A stretch of 64,000 bases of DNA from the NCBI GenBank assembly GCA_905178155.1, contig CAJINV010000006.1, positions 3,782,130-3,846,129 of the forward strand, read 5' to 3'. The first letter of the stretch is position 1; the number at the start of each line of letters is the position of its first letter. Below, in pieces: positions 57,901 through 64,000 of the stretch. Source of the stretch: Amoebophrya sp. A120. Taxonomy: Eukaryota; Protista; Dinoflagellata. A model generated the notes under the pieces. The model ran no database searches, was not told where the DNA came from, and saw only the letters and a list, made by a program, of their open reading frames with translations. The translations under genes and the position numbers were made by a program.

Positions 57901-60339
57901 TTTGGGCACTTTTTCATGCGTAGCGCGCATTACAAACTGCGTTTTTGCATGACGCAAAAAGTCGTGCTTTTGGTGGTCATGCAACACAGATTTTACACGA
58001 ATGCCAGACAAGCAATACAAGCTTCACTTTTCCAGGCCCAGACATATTTGCATTTGATACGTCGTCGCCACCGTGATTCTCTCCTCCGAGTCCTTCATCT
58101 TGTAACTAAAGTGGCACATCACGCCGACCTCCACTTTCAAATCTTTGCTGCCCGGGATGGGTTATCCACTGCAAATATCCCTGGACGTCTGGAAGAATGC
58201 ACTTGTTTGTCATGCCTATTTCGGATCACGGAAATGGAATCTGATGCAGGCAAAAGCATCACTGGTTTTGAGCACGCCTCTTCTTGATGGCTGTCCCGCA
58301 TGAGAAACTTTTTACTTGCGTACCAAGAAATGAGCAGCGCATGGCGCTCATGCAACACAAATTTAGTGTTCCAGAGTTTGCATTACAAGTTCCAATTCCA
58401 GACCCAGACATATTTGCAATGCATATGGGTTTCAAAGTTCGTCCGGTGATTTCTTCGTAGTCTACCTCTAAATCAGAAAGGGCGGTACGCAGGTAACTGC
58501 ACCAGTTGATAAGCCGATTGTCGCGGTAGATGAGACCTGGTAGGTGGCAAGGGGTTGTTGTGTTTTTTATCTGTGTCACTTGTAGTTCTATAATTCTTAG
58601 GCCATCAAGATGATAAAAACAGTAACATGTTGGCCGCGCCCGCGCGATAGAAAATATCAGGTACGCGGGTCATTGTAATTTAAAGTAGTTGCCATGCAAC
58701 AATATATCGTAGCAATTACTCGAAGTTGTAACAACTACAACCACTAAAGATCTGCTCGGTGGCTGTGCTGCGAAAAAGGAAAATGAAAAACGAATCATAC
58801 ATCTCTCTCAACGAGAAATGAGACTGACACGACCGCAAGGGTGGAGAGCAAGTATTTGTACTATGGAGTACGTTACTACAACTTTCCACCAAACTATGGA
58901 GAGAAAAAAGTTCGCCACAGTCACTAACTTGCAGGTTTTGCATTACAAATTTTCTTAGCACCACAAACTTTCCTTGTATTGCAGAAACACTAGGGAAATC
59001 CCTAATGCAGTTTGGCTGTGATGCATTTTTACGTATGACAAACAATTTTGTATTGCAAGAATGCGCATGAGTGATCGTGACGAACTTTTTTTCTTTGATA
59101 CAAACTCTTCGTAACACTATCTGTACCTTGTTCGTGAAACCGCACAAAAGCGTGCTTCATATGAACTGCAAAAGTATCGTACTCGTTATAAATGCATTAC
59201 AAATTTCCTCAGCATGAGAAATAAAATTTGTAATGCGAATTTACTTTAGAGAGAACATTTGTAATGCATGATTGCAATACGAGTACGATACTTCTGCAAT
59301 TCATACTTCACCGCGTTGGTTAAATTCGCGTCCATCGTAAAAGCCTCCCGGGTCCAATCCACCGATGCGCCGAGTCTTCGCAACTGCGAGCAGATTTTGT
59401 TCCCGTATTTCTCCTTCCACTGCCACACTTTCTTCAAAAACTCGTCCCGCCCCAAATCGTGTCTTGTCAGGTTCTCTTCTTTCAGTAAAATCCTCTCGAC
59501 AACGGATTGCGTCGCGATGCCCGCGTGGTCTGTGCCCGGTACCCAGAGGACGTGCTTTCCGTTCTGACGGTGCCACCTGGTCAGCGCGTCTTCGATCGCG
59601 ATGGTGATCGCGTGGCCCAAGTGCAAAGAGCCGGTCACGTTGGGTGGGGGAATCACCATCACAAATTTGCCGTCCTCGTGGGTGTTGTTCGCGTCTTTCG
59701 CGTTCGGGGTGAAATACCCCGCTTTTGCCCACCAGTCGTCCCAACTCGCCTCTACCGCGGTGGGCTCGTAGGCGTTGGCCATCGGCTCCGCGAAGGATTT
59801 CTTCTCACCTAGATGAATCATTTTTCCATGCCATGGATATCAAGTTTTTTTGCACGACGAAAAGCGTGGCAGCAGATTTATTTTTCCGAGAACTACGCAT
59901 CAAAAACAAGCATAAGCTGCACAACTGCTAGTAGGGCCGCCAAACCAAGACAAACCACACAACTGTGACGCTGGTCTTCGCTGTTCCTTTACAACTACTG
60001 CTTCTATGTAGTAAAAGTAGTGTTTTTACCTTTTGGCGTCTTGTTCACAAACGGCACTTTAACCGCCTCCTCCACTTTTTTCTCCTTCTTTTTCCCCTCG
60101 CCCCACACGGGCTTTTCTTTTTTCACCTTCTCTACCTTCTCCTTTTTCTTCTTACCCTGCTCTCCAGCATTCTCTGCTGCTTCTGCACCGCCGGCGGAAC
60201 CTGTTGCTGATGCTGGCTTGTTTTGTGCTGCCGTTGCTGGCGCTCCGAGCTTTGCTGGCACTGTTGTCCCTTGTACGGCCGTTGCAGACGTCTGGACGCG
60301 GGCCTGAACCGCGGAAAATAACTCGTCTTTCACGATCAT
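51959..60339 (-). CDS. VARS: Valyl-tRNA synthetase, about 20 introns (introners plus GT-AG)
   Basis: [96 protein letters not shown], and a C-terminal coiled coil. Confidence 0.95.
54561..54879. mobile_element. Introner family E (TIR TATGGAAGCGTCAGG...AAAGTTGAAAT), representative copy
   Basis: Other copies: 16941-17535, 23956-24262, 24870-25187, 52896-53208 (tcagc). Confidence 0.8.
59160..59305. mobile_element. Introner family A (TIR TATnnnnTGCAAAAGTATCGTACT), representative copy
   Basis: TSD cttca. Other copies: 4000-4158 (gcatt), 7630-7780, 16685-16824, 17576-17771, 26228-26411 (ccagc), 27771-27921 (tagtc), 48167-48335, 49188-49389, 49552-49699 (tcgcc), 52702-52846, 53573-53833, 54960-55112 (tacct), 57369-57527, 62631-63155. 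Confidence 0.85.
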
Positions 60340-61855
60340 GGCTTTATTTGTGATGGGGAAAAACAATTGCAACGTACTACGAATAAATAAATGCTGTCGT
60401 TGTGCTGTCGCGAAAAGCCGCGGTATTTTTAGCGGTCCTTGTTTAATACAATAGTAGTACTTTGCGCCGCTGCAAAGCGGAACACTAGTATTAGGTGTTC
60501 TACTTCTCGGCGGGGGCAGTCTAGAAGTCGTGGTCGTGGTAGCACTGGGGCAAAAATACAACTTCGGAGATAAAGGAATTTTGCGGCTCGTTTTGGGCTA
60601 GTAGAAGACTAGGTGATACAACAAATTGTGCTGAGGTGCCTGGCTCTACGAGGATTTTTTGTCAGCATGTTGGCTCATTCGAACTTTTACTGTATGCGTT
60701 TTTACCACTACTAGCGTAAGTAGTTGTTTTGATTTTTGTAAAGGCGAAATATCGAACTGGATCTGGTTGCTGGTACAACGAGCAGGTAGGATCTCGTCCT
60801 TGCTAGTGTTGGATCATCTTGCCTCACGATCACAAGAACTTCAACTTCTTCTCAGTTCAAAAACAAAAATTGAACTTGAAGGAGGCACCAGAAGAGAAGA
60901 TAGATCGCGATCGTTCTTTATTGGAGGCGGTAGGTGTGCTTAGTAAAGGATCCACCTTCTACTTCGCAGTCTTTAGTAGCAAATAGACCAGGAGCTGTTG
61001 CGTGCTGTATCTTTTGCAGACCTGCTTGCGCATGAGTCTACTAGTAGAGGTAGGAGCACCAGCTACGCTTTATTCATTACGCTGGCGATGTAGTAGTTTT
61101 TTCCATCGATCGTCTTGATCTTCGCTAAGGTAGAGAACTTTCATCTGCCTCCACGAACTAGTACTATGTTCAAAGCTGCCATCAACAAGATAGACTCGGT
61201 TGAATGCCAGCAAAAGTTGTTTTTGCGGCAGCCTGCGCACGTATTTTCTATTTCTACCGGAGCTGAATCATCTTCAATCATGATGCGTTGAGCAGCACCA
61301 TCAAGCAGGTTTCAGAGATTTTTCAGTTCTGGGAGAGCCGGTGAAGAGGAACAGGTTGGTATTGCATTGGATTCAGTCACATCTCATCAAACTCGACTGT
61401 GCAAGCACGAGGGACGAGGAGTGGAACTTGATATGAGTCTTTTTTCGTTCGTTATCGTTTGGTACAAAAGAAATCGAAGTATGATTCATTTTCATTCTGC
61501 TCTTTGTCTTTACAAAACAGCTCGGCACGCAGCTGCACAGCGACAGCATTATACAATTTTCGGAAGTCGTGCCGCAGCTTGTGGACTCGAGCACCAGAAG
61601 TTGTTTTCGTCAGACTATGAAACTGAGAAATTCTACAGTCTCCACCGTTCATTTTGAAAACTCTAAAACGCTTTTTGTTTCGAAGACTTGAGTAATGGAA
61701 GTTTTGTTATCGCAGCACTACGAAAATCGCGTAGTAGAGTGAAAGTGTTGGTTCATTTTGATCACTTTTTCGATTAGCAGAGAGCGACAGGAGCAATGAG
61801 GCGGGTCGTCGTGCAGGTTGAAGTTATTGTTATATCGGTATTCTATTCTACTTTT

Positions 61856-64000
61856 TCAACGCACTTCCATCCTGCTTCCCGACCTTCTGAAGCTACCGCC
61901 AGACCCGGCCGTTGTGCTGCCTCCGTTTATCATCGACAAACCGACGTCCTCTTCCGCGTTGGGTGCTATGACAGTGCACAACTACTTTCCCTCCCCCTCA
62001 TTTGTAAAGCACGAACGGCAATACAAGCATCAACAAGAGTGCCGGTTTTGCATGACAAATTTGCATCACATGAGTGTCTCCTTAGGCTACCACAACTTGC
62101 CATGTAAGCGCTACCAAGAAACAAAGGGTGGATTGGGTATTTTGCATGACAAATGAGGGAATGGAGGGGAGTTATGCATTGTCATAGATGCTTCCGCAGA
62201 GTCACTCTCCCGCAACACCAACTCGTCCTTTATCAGCTCCTTTTTCCCCTCATTTTCCTCGTCCTCGTTATCGATCGCACTCATGCCCCGGCTGCTCGCG
62301 ACGAAATAGGTCACCCTCCTTTGCAGCCTTTCCCGCATATCACACAGAAAAAAAAGCTGCTAACACGTCATGGTCAACTACATGTGATGCAAAAATGAAT
62401 ACCAATACGTATCTATAATAGTATTGCCACGTATCCTTCATCTACACAGCACGCGTATAGGCTCGGCTATGGCGGATCATTTTTGATTTTTGCATCACAG
62501 ATTTTTGATATGGTGTGCTTCGCTTTTTTCATCTGTGGGATACCGCATGGAACGGCAGGTGACGCCCGGTTTTTTCTTCATGAAGTATCGTTCCTTAAAT
62601 TCCAGCGCGTTCTCCGTTTGAAACCCGGTCTATGCATCACAAAAGCATCGTGGCTGAAGTAGTGTGCAAAATTTCGCATCACATCGGAGGTCTAAGGGCA
62701 GTCCGTCCCTGTGCCTTTTCTAGGCCTACTAAAACCAATAAATCGCGACTACGTAGTGTAAACTTCTACTGAAAAGCTAAATTGGAAAACTTAGTAAGGC
62801 TACTTCTACGTAAGCGCTTGTAAATAAGTACGCGATCAAAAAAGGTTTTGGCATCGCATAATTGTTGCCACCACAACAAGTGCGAATACCGCATCACATC
62901 GGAGGTCTACGGGCAGTTCGTCCCTTTGCCATTCAGAGGCCTACTAAAGCCAGTATATGCTAAGCTACCTCGTAACGTAAACTTCTACGGGAAAACTAAA
63001 TCGGAAAAAACTTAGCATTGCTACTTAAGCGCTTGTTTTGTTGAAAAGGGAATAGTCATGCGAGGTATATCCGTTTTTTAGTGATGGGATTTATATTAAA
63101 TCCTTGTCGTGCTGCTATAGCAGGAACTACTTGCACGATACTTTTGCAGCGGATACGTTTGGATCTTTGTCAATCTCTTCACTGTATTTCGACGTCGATC
63201 CTATCAAATGCAAAAGTGTCTGCGTCTGGAAGGTTGGAACTTGTGATGCCAACTTTGGACTCTAAAAAAATCTGTATTGCATGACCCGCAAGAGGAGTCT
63301 AGTTCTTTGTGCTACGCGGGGAGGGCGTCTGTCATGCGGAGTAGGCATGATCAGTAAGCCCTCTAGAAAATCTGTGCCGCTAGGTCGTGCATTACAGACA
63401 TCCTGGGTCATGCAAAACATGCATGACAACTCTCAGAATCTTCCAGACCCAGACATTTTTGCATTTGATAGATCCGGGCAACAGCCCAAACGTCCGGTGC
63501 ATTGCGACTACAATGAGTTCCATCTCCGGCTTCGTAAACACGAGCTGGCAGGGAATTTGCCCCACGTCGTCGTCCTGTAGATCCACTTGATCCTTCAACA
63601 CGTCAAAAAAGTTGACGTCAAAAGTCGGCCGCCAGAAGTGCGTGTAATCGTGGATGAACCTGGTTTTCGTTTTTTATGTTTGTTATTCGTTAGGAAGTTG
63701 TCCTATGAATGCGCTTTCGCATCACAGAATGATATCCGGATTCATCACCAGCCTGTCATGCACAGCAGCGAGAAGAAGTGGAACATTTGCTTCGTACTGT
63801 TTCATCCATGATCATAGAAGGAAGTACTTAGTAGTACCCCATGCTGCTCTTAAAAGCCAGCTTCTGCTTTGCATTCCGCTGCATTCGGACATAGAGTCTC
63901 TCCACTAACTCTGCCGTCAAAAACGCGTCCCGCACTTCAGCCGGCATCTTGTACTCTGCGACGAAGTGCTCGCGCTCGTTGAGGCGCCGCCCGGATACTG
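61856..64000 (-). CDS. Hypothetical multi-exon protein, 3' part
   Basis: Open exons lie between introners 63202-63470, 62631-63155 and 61967-62186 (e.g. FDVLKDQVDLQDDDVGQIPCQLVF). Confidence 0.5.
62684..63040 (-). mobile_element. Two tandem short relatives of the PLE terminus (about 140-215 bp) inside introner 62631-63155
   Basis: tcggaggtcta.gggcagt.cgtccc at 62684 and 62899, each immediately after gcatcaca. Confidence 0.7.
63202..63470. mobile_element. Introner family B (TIR TATCAAATGYAAAWATGTCTGGGTCTGGAA), representative copy
   Basis: TSD gatcc. Other copies: 1035-1361, 4427-4699 (ctggg), 7818-8178 (gagct), 11749-12039 (tctgc), 16261-16541, 18328-18624, 20912-21195, 21471-21732 (ggttg), 21918-22176, 24482-24723 (gcagt), 25844-26114, 27268-27529, 28140-28391, 45344-46122, 48920-49181, 54014-54256, 56915-57176, 57804-58059, 58163-58425. 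Confidence 0.9.

Noticed and set aside
51959-60339. ValRS as a transposon-disrupted pseudogene
   Set aside because: The catalytic motifs are intact, and the junctions I checked restore the frame after removing the element plus one TSD.
1-64000. tRNA, rRNA, snRNA or dinoflagellate spliced-leader genes
   Set aside because: None were recognised by eye. A covariance-model search would be needed to exclude them.

Overview
This is eukaryotic, intron-dense DNA, and every gene I could reconstruct lies on the minus strand. Most introns are non-canonical, repeated, MITE-like 'introner' elements from about 9-10 families. They share TAT...ATA termini, terminal inverted repeats (TIRs), 5-bp target-site duplications (TSDs) and internal GCATNACA/TGTNATGC boxes. 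This architecture strongly resembles the parasitic dinoflagellate Amoebophrya (Syndiniales), but the organism is my inference. Host genes are a RING-CH E3 ligase, two paralogous Cys-rich probably secreted proteins, two paralogous M64-like zinc metallopeptidases, valyl-tRNA synthetase (about 20 introns) and two partial hypothetical genes. The main finding is a 14.5-kb Penelope-like retroelement (PLE, 32808-47323). It has an upstream GIY-YIG endonuclease, an RT polyprotein that seems to hold a dead RT copy ahead of the active one, extra ORFs, and a captured intron-retaining PDZ gene fragment. It and three short relatives all begin exactly after a GCATNACA box inside an introner, and two show 16-bp TSDs. 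This suggests a retroelement that site-specifically targets the shared motif of the host's invasive introns. Its insertion expands one roughly 150-bp introner into a 15.5-kb intron within a still in-frame peptidase gene. All calls were made by eye, and no searches were run.
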